NCBI GenBank assembly: GCA_965263355.1 | Contig: CBDHHL010000032.1 | Span: forward strand, 3,776,001 to 3,840,000 | Direction: 5' to 3' | Length of the DNA: 64,000 bases | DNA from: Leptolyngbyaceae cyanobacterium | GTDB lineage: Bacteria; Cyanobacteriota; Cyanobacteriia; Phormidesmidales; Phormidesmidaceae | Part shown: positions 30,195-41,061 of the stretch, one piece after another | How positions within the stretch are numbered: the stretch's first letter is position 1 | Layout: every line of letters starts with the position of its first letter | Notes under the pieces: model-generated | Told to the model about the DNA's origin: nothing | Seen by the model: the letters and a program-made list of their open reading frames with translations, nothing else | Databases searched by the model: none | Made by a program: the position numbers and the translations under genes

Positions 30195-30929
30195 ATGCAG
30201 TGCCAATTGATTCAAAACTTTCTAAATCTGCCTGGTATCGTTGGCTTTAGTTTGATGCTTTTGGATGGCTCCAGTCATGCCCACAGTGTTGGCTTTACTC
30301 AGGGCAATGGTCTTGAGCAACATCCTATGCTCTTAAAGGGTATTCAGCAAATTATTAAGACAACGCCTACGTCTCTTGAATTTTGTGCATTTCAATTTGG
30401 AGCCTATCAGGTGGAGTTGCATAAAGTTGAGAATGGGGCAGTCTTGATCGTTTTTAGTAAAGGCGCACTCTCCAGCCAATATTCAAAATCGGTCAGCGAA
30501 TTGATGCAGTTTGTCAAAGCTGACTACTCAGCTTTAGTTGAAAGCATACACTCCATCGGATCTGAAAACGTAGCCCATGAGCCTGTGGGGGCAACCGAGT
30601 TACAGGCTGCTAGTGTAGACGATGTTGTAGCGGCTATGAATAGTCTTAGCCAGATAACCAGTCGATATTTAGGTACACAGCTGGTGGCCAATCATTGGCG
30701 TACTTATCAATCCCAGGATATGGCTTGGATAACTAAATTCTGTATCTCTATGGATGGCACAGTTAGTGTTAAGGATATCGACCAACAGCTTTCTTCAGAT
30801 CAACTGGCGGAGATTCGGCTGTGGAGTAAGCGATTTCATCAAAGATGTACCCGGATTATTCGAGACTATGACGTACTTGTTGAGCAGACGCTGCCTGAGC
30901 AACATTGGCAGCTGTTATTTGGGGGATGA
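30195..30929 (+). CDS. Hypothetical protein (FLNLPGIVG / TTP..LE...FQF family)
   Basis: 244-aa ORF directly upstream of the ferredoxin gene; the C-terminal YLG..LVAN.W and W...F...C..IIRD motifs recall the Synechocystis slr0144-slr0152 cluster. Confidence 0.7.
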   Translation: MQCQLIQNFLNLPGIVGFSLMLLDGSSHAHSVGFTQGNGLEQHPMLLKGIQQIIKTTPTSLEFCAFQFGAYQVELHKVENGAVLIVFSKGALSSQYSKSVSELMQFVKADYSALVESIHSIGSENVAHEPVGATELQAASVDDVVAAMNSLSQITSRYLGTQLVANHWRTYQSQDMAWITKFCISMDGTVSVKDIDQQLSSDQLAEIRLWSKRFHQRCTRIIRDYDVLVEQTLPEQHWQLLFGG

Positions 30930-30938
30930 TAAGCATTA

Positions 30939-31421
30939 TTGATGGCAAAAACAGTTCGTTTAGAGCCCATTGCTGCGGAGAGCGCGGTTGAAACTAACGG
31001 CAACCTTTTATCGGTTTTATTACATCAAGAGTTAACTGTTCTAAAGGAGTGTGGTGGGCGCGGTATGTGCGCTACCTGTCATATTTATGTGAATGATGGC
31101 ATGAAGTCACTGACGCCTATCAGTCGACGAGAACAGCGTACTTTGGCGATCATTACGTCGTGTCAGGGAAATTCTCGCCTAGCGTGTCAGGCTAGAGTAA
31201 AAGGTAATGGTGTGGTGGTGGAGTTACCACCGGGTATGTATGTCAACTCAATTAAAGATGTTGAATCTTTGATTGGTCGGCGAGCTGCACAGGATCTGTT
31301 GCATCCGTTGACGGGCACTGTGCTAGTTGAGCAGGGAAAGCTAATTACCCGGTCAATGCTGCGTAAGATCGAAAATAGCGCCAATCTAAACCTGAACGAA
31401 TACTTTAAACACAGTACATAG
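30939..31421 (+). CDS. 2Fe-2S ferredoxin-like protein with C-terminal extension
   Basis: CGGRGMCATCH...RLACQ ligands (adrenodoxin-type spacing); C-terminal HP.TG.VLVE.GKLITRS. Confidence 0.9.
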   Translation: MMAKTVRLEPIAAESAVETNGNLLSVLLHQELTVLKECGGRGMCATCHIYVNDGMKSLTPISRREQRTLAIITSCQGNSRLACQARVKGNGVVVELPPGMYVNSIKDVESLIGRRAAQDLLHPLTGTVLVEQGKLITRSMLRKIENSANLNLNEYFKHST

Positions 31422-31749
31422 CTAGTGCATTGTCAAAGCTAAAAATTGAGATTCTGTATTGATGAAGAATAAAGGGTAAAGAGTCACCCTTTAGCCGGTT
31501 TACTCTTTACATACCCGATCCCAAATCTTAGTCTTGGCAGCCCAATAACAAGGGCTGGTTACTGTAACGATCACGTTTACAATCCAACTCTTCAACGTCT
31601 TTTGGAAAAATACAATCTAATATTTTTATTAAAAGATTTGGTATCTTACTTGAACTTTTTCTTGAAACATTAACCACTAGTATGGGTTCAACTAGAGTTC
31701 TGCAGGACTGGATAATGTTTGATGTGGCTGATTGTATTTTTGGATATTG

Positions 31750-32835
31750 ATGGCTGCCGATAAATCTAGGAATCTCAATTCTCGTCAACAACAGGTGATG
31801 CGAGCAACGGTGCGTCACTATGTATCGACGGCAGAACCTGTCGGTTCAAAAGCGTTGCTAGATGCTTATGACCTGAATGTCAGTTCAGCAACGGTTCGCA
31901 ATGTGATGGGGGTACTGGAGCGCGCTGGTTTTTTATATCAGCCCTACACGTCAGCCGGTCGAGTACCTTCTGATTCTGGCTATCGCCTTTACGTAGATGA
32001 GTTAATTAAGCCATCAAAGCCAACGGCCCAGCGCATTGATCGACTGCTAACACAGCAACTAAGTTGGCAGGGGTGGAGTGTTGAGGCGTTGTTGCAAGAA
32101 GCCGCACAAATTTTGGCTCATTTAAGTGGCTACATTGCATTGGTGACAATGCCTAGATTAGAGCACATGATGGTCAAGCATCTGCAGCTAGTGCAGATGT
32201 CAGCAGATCAGGTGTTATTAGTTGTGGTTCTAGAGAGCTATGGCACTGAGTCCATTGTGGTCAGTTTGCCAAGGGGAACTACTGGGGTTGGAGCCATCCA
32301 GGATGAAGGAGGACTTGACCGGGAACTACAAATTTTGTCCAACTTTTTAACAGCCCAGCTTTGTGGCCGACAGCTGTCTGAAATATCTAGTTTGGATTGG
32401 GATGAGGTTGATACAGCTGAACATCATGTCCTAGCACTGTGTCAGGCCATTGACGATCTGGCCCGACGTAAGCGTCAACCCCAGACCCACATCTTAGTGA
32501 CTGGTGTAACGGATGTGTTAAGCCAGCCAGAGTTTTCAGAGCAAAGCCAGCTGCGGAATTTGGTGGCGTTGCTGGCCGATGGTCGGGACCAGCTATGGCC
32601 GCTAATGCGGGCAGATGATAATCCCCTCAAGATTTGGATTGGTGAGGAAAATCCATTGGAGCCCATGCAGGGCTGTGCCTTAATTTCGGCTACCTATAAT
32701 CGTGATTCAATGCCGTTAGGTAGTGTGGGTGTGATGGGCCCAACACGGATGCTTTATGAGAATACAATTGCGGCAGTTGAAGCCACATCTAGCTATCTAT
32801 CAGACATTATGTCGGGCTTAGAGGCTAACCAGTAA
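31750..32835 (+). CDS. hrcA: Heat-inducible transcription repressor HrcA
   Basis: Y..TAEPVGSK, SSATVRN, QPYTSAGRVPSDSGYR.YVD, QPEF, IG.EN, GPTRM.Y. Confidence 0.96.
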   Translation: MAADKSRNLNSRQQQVMRATVRHYVSTAEPVGSKALLDAYDLNVSSATVRNVMGVLERAGFLYQPYTSAGRVPSDSGYRLYVDELIKPSKPTAQRIDRLLTQQLSWQGWSVEALLQEAAQILAHLSGYIALVTMPRLEHMMVKHLQLVQMSADQVLLVVVLESYGTESIVVSLPRGTTGVGAIQDEGGLDRELQILSNFLTAQLCGRQLSEISSLDWDEVDTAEHHVLALCQAIDDLARRKRQPQTHILVTGVTDVLSQPEFSEQSQLRNLVALLADGRDQLWPLMRADDNPLKIWIGEENPLEPMQGCALISATYNRDSMPLGSVGVMGPTRMLYENTIAAVEATSSYLSDIMSGLEANQ

Positions 32836-33425
32836 GCGGCAATAATGCCGCTGATAAATCCAAACAGGTGACTTTCCCAGGAAATGCCAGGCTGTGTGGG
32901 TAAGACGCCTAAGAACATAGCGCCATAGGTGACTAAAATAAAGAGGGACAATGCGATCGCACCCATGGTCCGCTCATAATATCCCCGTGCCACTAGATAT
33001 CCTAAATAGCCAAATATCAGACCACTAGCGCCAATGTGAACGGTTGATTGCAGAGGAGACAAAATTCCGCCAAATAGCCATGTGCCCAGCCCCCCTAGGA
33101 ATGTGATAATCACCGTGGCTTTGACCCAGGTGCCAATAGAACGTAGCATTACCCACCAGCTCAGGGTGAGCATCGGTACCGTATTGGCCATTAAATGATT
33201 AAACCCACCATGGAGCAGTGGCGCAAACAGAATTCCCCATAAACCGCTCAGAGAACGAGGACGAATACCGTATCGATCGAGACGCCCCCCAAACACTAAA
33301 AAATCTATAATTTCAATAGACCATAGGGTAATCAAAATAATACCCAATAGCTGAAATCGAGCTGTAGTCGCAGATTTTAGCTCGGATAGTAAAGGACGAT
33401 CAGAGGACATGTTTTGAGATGGCAT
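32793..33425 (-). CDS. Rhomboid family intramembrane serine protease
   Basis: GIRPR, PLLHG..HL.AN, GASG (catalytic Ser), SWESHLFG (catalytic His). Confidence 0.93.
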   Translation of the reverse strand: MPSQNMSSDRPLLSELKSATTARFQLLGIILITLWSIEIIDFLVFGGRLDRYGIRPRSLSGLWGILFAPLLHGGFNHLMANTVPMLTLSWWVMLRSIGTWVKATVIITFLGGLGTWLFGGILSPLQSTVHIGASGLIFGYLGYLVARGYYERTMGAIALSLFILVTYGAMFLGVLPTQPGISWESHLFGFISGIIAAYWLASKPDIMSDR

Positions 33426-33592
33426 AAGCTCAATATATGGGCAGCCTTTAAGGCAGAACGGATATATCGACGACTATATCGACAACGCTGGTATATCAGC
33501 CGCTAGCTATAGGTTAAGCCAACTAATACGAAGTTGTCTGCGTTTCACCGTTAAGTTTGCATTTCTACCAGCCCCCTTGCGTCACCACTGTT

Positions 33593-33670
33593 TAACGCAC
33601 GTTTGCGATAACGCACGTTTGCGATAACGCACGTTTGCGATAACGCACGTTTGCGATAACGCACGTTTGC
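33593..33670. repeat. Tandem repeat, ~4.9 perfect copies of 16-bp TAACGCACGTTTGCGA
   Basis: Directly visible; no spacers between units. Confidence 0.95.
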
Positions 33671-33697
33671 CCCTCCTCAGTTCATTGATGTAACGAC

Positions 33698-34255
33698 GTG
33701 ATCATTCCAGAACTGCTTGCAGTGCTTTCGATTTCGGCAGCGACTGGCCTACGGTTGGCTCTGCCTCTACTGCTGATTGGCCTGTTGTCAGGTGAACAAC
33801 TGTGGTCAGCTGTGCCTATTTTGGCGAATATTCCCCAGGTCTTAGTGGTTTCTGTATTAGTAATTTGGTCGTTGTTAGAATTGACGATCTCTAAAGATCG
33901 GGTCAGTCGTCGTTTCTTACAAAGCGCAGAGTTATTTTTTAGTCCCTTTGTGGGGACGATTGCCGGGATCGCGATCGCACGCCTTGCCGATATCAATGAC
34001 AGTCTGATACTGGTACTGTTAGCGGTGACTGGCGGTGTGCTTGCGTTGGTTATCCAAATGGTGCAAGTGGGTTGGCTATACCGCTTTAATAGCCCACCCA
34101 TGTGGGTGATCTTTTTAGAAGATGCCCTATGTATTTGTCTGGCCTTCTTGGCCTTTGACGCACCGGAGCAAGGAGGAGTGATCGCCTTATTTTTACTATG
34201 GCTTGCCATCCGCAGTTCTGCCATTTGGCGACAGTGGCAGAAAAAGAAGCGATAA
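33698..34255 (+). CDS. DUF4126-like membrane protein
   Basis: LS.SAATGLRLALPLL N-terminus, several TM helices, F.ED.LC motif. Confidence 0.8.
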   Translation: MIIPELLAVLSISAATGLRLALPLLLIGLLSGEQLWSAVPILANIPQVLVVSVLVIWSLLELTISKDRVSRRFLQSAELFFSPFVGTIAGIAIARLADINDSLILVLLAVTGGVLALVIQMVQVGWLYRFNSPPMWVIFLEDALCICLAFLAFDAPEQGGVIALFLLWLAIRSSAIWRQWQKKKR

Positions 34256-34270
34256 AAATTGCTAGAGGGG

Positions 34271-34300
34271 TGTAAGGGTATTGCATGCAACATCCCTAAC
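34271..34300. repeat. REP-like palindrome, copy 3 (degenerate)
   Basis: TGTAAGGGTATTGCATGCAACATCCCTAAC at a convergent junction. Confidence 0.6.
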
Positions 34301-34306
34301 GTGTGA

Positions 34307-35470
34307 TTACATCAATCCGGCAATGTGCAAAGGCCCATGACCGCTAACCATTTCTAATAACAGTGCCAAAAAGCCCACCATTGCCAGACGGCCATTCCAT
34401 ACTTCAGCAAAAGGCGTTAGACCCCAAGCAGACTTGTCTTGAGGGTAAATACGCACTTGCTTTTGTAGCTGAGCCGCATCAGAAAATAACTTACGCGGAG
34501 ATTCCAGTGCTTTAACTACCATATTGCCCATATCCTCGATAAAGACAGGGTAGGTATTCAGGGCTGGAACACGGTGAAATCCCTTGATCCCAGACTCTTC
34601 AGCCAGCTCACGATATTCAATGTCGATTTCCTGCAGCGTTTCAATGTGTTCAGACACAAAGCTAATGGGGACAACCACAAGGTCAGAAATTCCCTTTTCC
34701 GCTAATTCCTCGATGGCATCTTCGGTGTAGGGCTGTAGCCACTCAACCGGACCCACTCGGCTCTGGTAGGCCAATGTAAAATCATTGGGGCGGTTGACCG
34801 CCTTCATAATCAGCTCAACGCAGTGCTCCATCTCACGCTGGTAGGGATCACCCGCTTCTTCCACATAGCTAACCGGTACACCATGAGCACTGAAGAAAAT
34901 ATGCCCTGTGTTGGGGTTAGGTAACTTATCAATCTCTTGCAAAATCAAGTCTGCCATGGCGCGGACATAGCCAGGACTGCTGTACCAAGATGGAATTAGG
35001 GTGTACTTAATTTTCTGAAGCGCAGGATCCTCTTGCCACAGCTTATCTAGCAAACGAAAGCTAGAGCCGCTGGTACTGATAGAAAACTGAGGATACAGAG
35101 GCAAAATGACCAAGTCTTCAATGCCATCTTGCTTAATCTGGGCAACTGCCTCTTCAGTAAAGGGATACCAGTAACGCATGCCGATGTAGATTTTGACATC
35201 GCGCCCCAATTTTTGTAGATATTTCTTGAGGGCTGCTCCCTGTTCCTCAGTAATGCGGCGCAGGGGTGACCCCCCCCCAATTTCCTTATAATTCTCCTGG
35301 GATTTGCTGGCACGATTAGTAGAGATTAGCCAAGCCAAGGGCTTTTGGAGCCATGGAAACGGGAGTCGAATAATCTCTGGGTCAGCAAACAAATTAAACA
35401 GAAAAGGACGTACATCCTCCAGCTGTTCAGGACCCCCAAGGTTTAGTAGTAGGACTCCAGTACGACCCAT
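34307..35470 (-). CDS. hemH: Ferrochelatase with C-terminal CAB/HLIP domain
   Basis: [40 protein letters not shown], and the E.WNGRLAM CAB motif. Confidence 0.98.
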   Translation of the reverse strand: MGRTGVLLLNLGGPEQLEDVRPFLFNLFADPEIIRLPFPWLQKPLAWLISTNRASKSQENYKEIGGGSPLRRITEEQGAALKKYLQKLGRDVKIYIGMRYWYPFTEEAVAQIKQDGIEDLVILPLYPQFSISTSGSSFRLLDKLWQEDPALQKIKYTLIPSWYSSPGYVRAMADLILQEIDKLPNPNTGHIFFSAHGVPVSYVEEAGDPYQREMEHCVELIMKAVNRPNDFTLAYQSRVGPVEWLQPYTEDAIEELAEKGISDLVVVPISFVSEHIETLQEIDIEYRELAEESGIKGFHRVPALNTYPVFIEDMGNMVVKALESPRKLFSDAAQLQKQVRIYPQDKSAWGLTPFAEVWNGRLAMVGFLALLLEMVSGHGPLHIAGLM

Positions 35471-35584
35471 GACGGTACTCTTACCTTTAATAACGAAGTT
35501 TTAATGATCTTGACCTATCGTAACAACTAACTCATCCCATAGGCATATCAGATTTGTAGAAGTTGAGAATTTTTTTCATTTAGT

Positions 35585-36778
35585 ATGGCTAAAGCATCCG
35601 TAGAACATTCGTTAGCTCAGGCTTTAGTCCAAGTAAATCAGCGCTTAAAGCTGGCAAAATTAGGGTTGCAGATTGAACGACGGGGTGATCGACTCAATCT
35701 CCGTGGTACCTTCCCGCCCCGTCCTGGCAGTCCTAAATTGCGTCCTTATCAACAGCGATTACCGTTAAAATTACCCGCCACAAAAGCCGGTTTGAAGCAG
35801 TGTGAGCAAACGGCCAAAATTATTGCTGGTCAGCTATTACAAAATAGTTTTGATTGGCGAGACTATCTTGGCCCGGTGGCGGGTTTGCGCATGGCGGGAG
35901 CTGATTTATCTGCTCAAATTGATGCGTTTGAACGTCATTTCTTTGAAACTCGTTGTTCAGAAGCGTCAGCGGCTTCAGTTCAAACTACTTGGGAAAAGGC
36001 CTACGTTCCCTATTTGCGTAAGCTGCATGCTATAGCGGAACGCCATCGTGATCTGAGTTTACCCGAAGTGATCTACGCTACTGTCCAGGGCACTAAGGCC
36101 AACTCACGCAGTCGTCAGATTTGCTGTACCGCCCTAGCTGCTCTGGCAGAGTTTCTGAACCTGGAATTGCCGACTGATTTAAAGGCCTTTTGGGGTAATT
36201 ATGGCAATAGTCAGACGCAGCTACGCGATTTGCCGTCTGATCAGCAGATTGTGGACGTTTACGACTGTCTCAAAAATCCGAGCTGGAAGTATGTTTATGG
36301 CATGCTGGCTACCTATGGGCTGCGTAACCATGAGGTATTCTTTTGCGATGTTCCTTGGGATGGGCTTTGCCAAGGCGATCGCACCCCTAATCACGAAATT
36401 ACGGTTCGCGAAGCCACCAAGACCGGTTGCCACGAAGTATGGCCCTTTTATCCCGAATGGGTAGAGCGGTTTGACCTGTTCAATGGTCAACTGCCCCAAA
36501 TCAACACCGACCTGACTACAACGACACTCCAGCGCATCGGCCAGCAGGTCACCACCCAGTTTCGTCGCTATAAGATCCCCTTCTCGCCCTATGACCTGCG
36601 CCATGCCTGGGCCGTTCGCACTATATTAGTGGGGCTGTCTGATGCTGTGGCTGCCAGAATGATGGGGCATTCAGTACAGGTCCACAATCGTACGTACCAC
36701 CGTTGGATGACCCACCGAGATCAGCAGGTGGCGGTGCAGACGGCGTTGGCAAAAAATGAAATGAAGGCCCCCTTGTAA
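35585..36778 (+). CDS. Tyrosine recombinase/site-specific integrase (cyanobacterial type)
   Basis: Catalytic set YGLRNHE (R), TKTG (K), YDLRHAWAVR (HxxR), MMGHS (H), HNRTY (Y). Confidence 0.92.
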   Translation: MAKASVEHSLAQALVQVNQRLKLAKLGLQIERRGDRLNLRGTFPPRPGSPKLRPYQQRLPLKLPATKAGLKQCEQTAKIIAGQLLQNSFDWRDYLGPVAGLRMAGADLSAQIDAFERHFFETRCSEASAASVQTTWEKAYVPYLRKLHAIAERHRDLSLPEVIYATVQGTKANSRSRQICCTALAALAEFLNLELPTDLKAFWGNYGNSQTQLRDLPSDQQIVDVYDCLKNPSWKYVYGMLATYGLRNHEVFFCDVPWDGLCQGDRTPNHEITVREATKTGCHEVWPFYPEWVERFDLFNGQLPQINTDLTTTTLQRIGQQVTTQFRRYKIPFSPYDLRHAWAVRTILVGLSDAVAARMMGHSVQVHNRTYHRWMTHRDQQVAVQTALAKNEMKAPL

Positions 36779-36806
36779 GGGCGTTGCATGCAATGCCCTT
36801 ACAAGG
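36771..36806. repeat. REP-like palindrome, copy 4
   Basis: CCTTGTAAGGGCGTTGCATGCAATGCCCTTACAAGG, a near-perfect palindrome overlapping the integrase stop. Confidence 0.75.
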
Positions 36807-36812
36807 CAGAAA

Positions 36813-37586
<774 letters not shown>

Positions 37587-37732
37587 TCACTCTATTATTT
37601 TTGGGGGGTGGGAATCAATTATCTGATCCCCTGACAGATCCTTATGAAAATCCGAAGGATTAGCTTAAATTACAGTCATTTTGATGGCGCTCGCTTAGCA
37701 TAAAAGCTGAACCCATCCTGGATTTAAGACAA

Positions 37733-38050
37733 ATGGCTGTTAAACAACAATTTTCTAGCTTTGAGGACATGTTGGCTGGCGCTGATAAGCCGACATTGGT
37801 AGACTTCTACGCTACTTGGTGTGGACCTTGTCAAATAATGACAGGGGAATTAAAGAAAGTTAAGGATGAGCTGCAGGATCAGCTGCAAATTGTGAAAATT
37901 GATACAGATCGATACGATACGCTAGCTTCCAAGCATCAAATCCATGCCCTGCCCACCATGGTGCTATTTAAGGATGGTCAGGAGGTTGACCGGATTGAAG
38001 GAGCCATGACCGCTGCTCAACTCGTTGCTCGGTTACAGCCGAACCTGTAG
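37733..38050 (+). CDS. trx: Thioredoxin (probably y-type)
   Basis: WCGPC active site; the AVKQQFSSF N-terminus is typical of y-type thioredoxins. Confidence 0.93.
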   Translation: MAVKQQFSSFEDMLAGADKPTLVDFYATWCGPCQIMTGELKKVKDELQDQLQIVKIDTDRYDTLASKHQIHALPTMVLFKDGQEVDRIEGAMTAAQLVARLQPNL

Positions 38051-38149
38051 TTGATAGTTGAGCGTTGCTGATTTGTCTCCCTGTCAGCAACGGTTATGAT
38101 TAAGAGTCCTCGGGCTTGCCTGGGTTTGTGACTGATTAATCAAAACGAT

Positions 38150-38632
38150 ATGGAAACGGCATGTGCCATTGCCTTGGGGAGTAACCTGGGGGATTCAGAG
38201 CAAACGATTGAAGCAGCATTGGCACAGCTTGAACGGGACGGTATGCGATTAGGGGTGCGATCGCAACTCTATAAAACAGCTGCAGTTGGTCCACCCCAAC
38301 CTGATTACATCAATGCCTGTGCGGTTTTCCATACGGTCTTGTCCCCCGAATCTGTGCTGGAGGTTTTGCTAACGACGGAGGCAAGCTTTGGCCGTATTCG
38401 CCGGGAACGATGGGGACCCCGGACGTTGGATTTAGACTTATTGCTATATGGCGACCAGGTAGTCGATACGTTGAGGCTAATCTTGCCGCATCCGAGGATG
38501 CATGAACGGGCGTTTGTCCTAGTGCCCCTGGCCGAGATTGTCCCTGATTGGCGGCATCCGGTGCGGCAGCGCACTGTACAGGAATTGCTTGAGCAGGTTA
38601 ACATCGCCGGGGTTTATCCATTGGTGGCGTAG
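38150..38632 (+). CDS. folK: 2-amino-4-hydroxy-6-hydroxymethyldihydropteridine diphosphokinase
   Basis: ALGSNLG, Q.DY.N, RWGPRTLDLDLL, PHPRM.ERAFVL.PL. Confidence 0.96.
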   Translation: METACAIALGSNLGDSEQTIEAALAQLERDGMRLGVRSQLYKTAAVGPPQPDYINACAVFHTVLSPESVLEVLLTTEASFGRIRRERWGPRTLDLDLLLYGDQVVDTLRLILPHPRMHERAFVLVPLAEIVPDWRHPVRQRTVQELLEQVNIAGVYPLVA

Positions 38633-38710
38633 TTAATTGTGAGTACCGCCATGGAATTAGCCAGCAGCCTATAGTGTACGCTAATGCCGTTACCTCACCG
38701 TATTAGCATT

Positions 38711-39265
38711 ATGTCCCTTGGCTTAGAACCGCCCCAGCTACTAAAAAAATGTCTATACTACGCTGGACGGAAGTTTGACTTTGAAGTCAATCGTCTGCGT
38801 CTGCCTAACAAAGTTGAAGGCCAATGGGAATGCATTCGTCATCCCGGCGGTGCGATGGCGGTACCCATTACTCCCGATGGTAACCTGGTGTTAGTGCGAC
38901 AATATCGTTTTGCGGTTCAGGGAAGATTGTTAGAGTTTCCTGCAGGTACCATTGAAGTAGATGAAGACCCGTTTACAACAATTCAACGGGAGATAGAAGA
39001 AGAGACTGGTTATAGTGCTAAAGAATGGACCAATCTTGGCAAGTTTCCGTTAGCACCTGGCTATTCTGACGAGTATATTTTCGCTTTCTTAGCCAGCAAT
39101 TTAGAGAAGCTAGAAACTGCTCCAGAACAGGATGAAGATGAAGATATTGAAGTTGTTTTGATGACTCCAGAAGAGTTTGAAAAAGCTGTTCTGGATGGTG
39201 AAGGTGTGGATGCTAAATCGATTGCCGGATACTTTATGGCAAAGCCTTTTTTAAGTCAGATGTAA
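38711..39265 (+). CDS. NUDIX hydrolase (ADP-ribose pyrophosphatase-like)
   Basis: HPGG, VRQYR, Nudix box EFPAG...REIEEETGY, DEDEDIEV. Confidence 0.93.
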   Translation: MSLGLEPPQLLKKCLYYAGRKFDFEVNRLRLPNKVEGQWECIRHPGGAMAVPITPDGNLVLVRQYRFAVQGRLLEFPAGTIEVDEDPFTTIQREIEEETGYSAKEWTNLGKFPLAPGYSDEYIFAFLASNLEKLETAPEQDEDEDIEVVLMTPEEFEKAVLDGEGVDAKSIAGYFMAKPFLSQM

Positions 39266-39306
39266 GTCTTATTGGTTAGGGTTAACCCTATGAAAGTGAA
39301 ACTGTA

Positions 39307-41061
39307 CTAAGCCAGTGCTGCAGCCACTTCTATTTCAGACGACGAATTGACCACTGCCAATAGGTCACCATTACTGAGAATATTGGTTTGACTTCCAGAT
39401 TGCTCGAAGTTTACTCCCGCAGCCTGGAGGTCAGCTGAACCGAGTTCAAATCGAGTGATCTCAGCCTGGAAACCATCGATCACAACCGAGCCTTCGCCAG
39501 CATTAAGAACGACAACAGCATCACCATCCAAGCCAAGCCAAACATAGTCATCGCCAGTGCCGGTATTAATCTCATCTCCACCGCCATAACCATAAAGCTC
39601 ATCGTTACCAAGGCCACCAACTAAGGTGTCAGATTCACTGCCGCCATAGAGTTTGTCATTGCCGGCATCCCCCACTAGCAAGTCGTTGCCACCGTTGCCA
39701 TACAGAATATCGTCACCATCACCGCCGACCATAACATCATTCTCATTTGCACCGAGGAGGATGTCATTACCAGCGCCACCGTTGAAGTCGTCAGAGCCAC
39801 CATTGCCGAAGAGGGTGTCATTTCCTTCTCCGCCAATCAGGGTATCATCGCCATCTCCACCCAATAAGTGGTCGTTGCCGATACAACCATCTAAGGTGTC
39901 ATTACCGCCATTCCCAAAGAGTCTGTTATCTCCGCTATTGCCAGAAAGAGACTCATCAGCACTGGTCCCAAATATAGTTATAGGCTCACTGCCACCATCA
40001 TTATTGTTATCGGTAACTGTAATCGTAGCGATTGCAGTATCGCTGAGTTCTCCATCACTGATGGTGTACGTAAAACTGTCTGAGCCATTGAAGTCAGCAT
40101 CAGGGGTGTAGGCAAAAGAGCCATCAGCATTGAGGGTTACCTCACCATTGGTAGGCGCAATGTCCAGGCTAGCGGTGAGGCTGTCACCATCGATATCATC
40201 GTCATTGGCTAGAACGTTGCATGCTACCCCTGTATTTTCATTAATACTGTAGCTATCATCGACTGCTGTGGGAGCATCATTTATGGAGACAATAGTCAAA
40301 TCAACAGTTGCCGTATCACTCAGGTCTCCATCACTGGCAGTGTATGTGAAGCTGTCTGAGCCATTAAAGTTGGCATTAGGGGTATAGGTAAAAGAACCAT
40401 CGGTGTTGAGTGTGATGTCACCGTTGATAGGCTCTATTCCCAGGTTAGCGATGACGGAAGCCGTATCGATATTGTTGTCATTAGTGAGAACATTCCCAGA
40501 AATCACATTGTCTTCAAGGCCACTGAAGGTATCATCTATGGCCTGAGGTGGCTCGTTGGCTATTTCTATTGGAGTGGAGCGGATATATTCAAAGAGCCCA
40601 CTAGCACCTTGTCCTGTGCCCCAAGCAGTGAATGTAAAATCTACAAAAATATTATCTTCAATGAGATGGGCTACATAGGCGGTTGGCGAAGGTAGAACCT
40701 CACCACAGGCTCCTTGGCAAACATTGCTAAAGAAACTGGAACCATCACCTGGATCAACTGCGTCATTGACCGAAAAGTCTAAATTTGCAATCCCATCACT
40801 AATGGAGCCAACGGCCCATCTTACCCCTGCTGGGCCCAGACCATTTTTGCCTCCAGAGGTTTCGACAGCGGCATTAAAAATGGGGCCAGCAGCACCCCGA
40901 TCCAAAATTACACTCTCAGTGAGAAAATCTTGAGCTGGATCATTTGCACCTGTGTTTATAAATTTAAGGCTTTCTCCTGTCCATAGCGTAGCAGTCTCGT
41001 CAGAAAAATTAGCCAGTGTGGGCAAAGAGACTATGTCCTGGTCATTAAAATGGGTATTCAT
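39307..41061 (-). CDS. Secreted RTX (Ca-binding) protein with two cadherin-like/Big_9 repeats and an unknown N-terminal domain
   Basis: GSFTYTP..NFNGSDSFTY twice; many GGxGxD nonapeptides; no N-terminal signal peptide (type I secretion-like). Confidence 0.9.
   Translation of the reverse strand: MNTHFNDQDIVSLPTLANFSDETATLWTGESLKFINTGANDPAQDFLTESVILDRGAAGPIFNAAVETSGGKNGLGPAGVRWAVGSISDGIANLDFSVNDAVDPGDGSSFFSNVCQGACGEVLPSPTAYVAHLIEDNIFVDFTFTAWGTGQGASGLFEYIRSTPIEIANEPPQAIDDTFSGLEDNVISGNVLTNDNNIDTASVIANLGIEPINGDITLNTDGSFTYTPNANFNGSDSFTYTASDGDLSDTATVDLTIVSINDAPTAVDDSYSINENTGVACNVLANDDDIDGDSLTASLDIAPTNGEVTLNADGSFAYTPDADFNGSDSFTYTISDGELSDTAIATITVTDNNNDGGSEPITIFGTSADESLSGNSGDNRLFGNGGNDTLDGCIGNDHLLGGDGDDTLIGGEGNDTLFGNGGSDDFNGGAGNDILLGANENDVMVGGDGDDILYGNGGNDLLVGDAGNDKLYGGSESDTLVGGLGNDELYGYGGGDEINTGTGDDYVWLGLDGDAVVVLNAGEGSVVIDGFQAEITRFELGSADLQAAGVNFEQSGSQTNILSNGDLLAVVNSSSEIEVAAALA

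Noticed and set aside
31422..31749. CIRCE element upstream of hrcA
   Set aside because: No TTAGCACTC-N9-GAGTGCTAA found
33682..34293. 203-aa minus-strand ORF
   Set aside because: Antisense shadow of the DUF4126 gene with no recognisable motifs; the same applies to the many short antisense ORFs within purH, pilQ, the RTX gene, the nucleotidase gene and pgm
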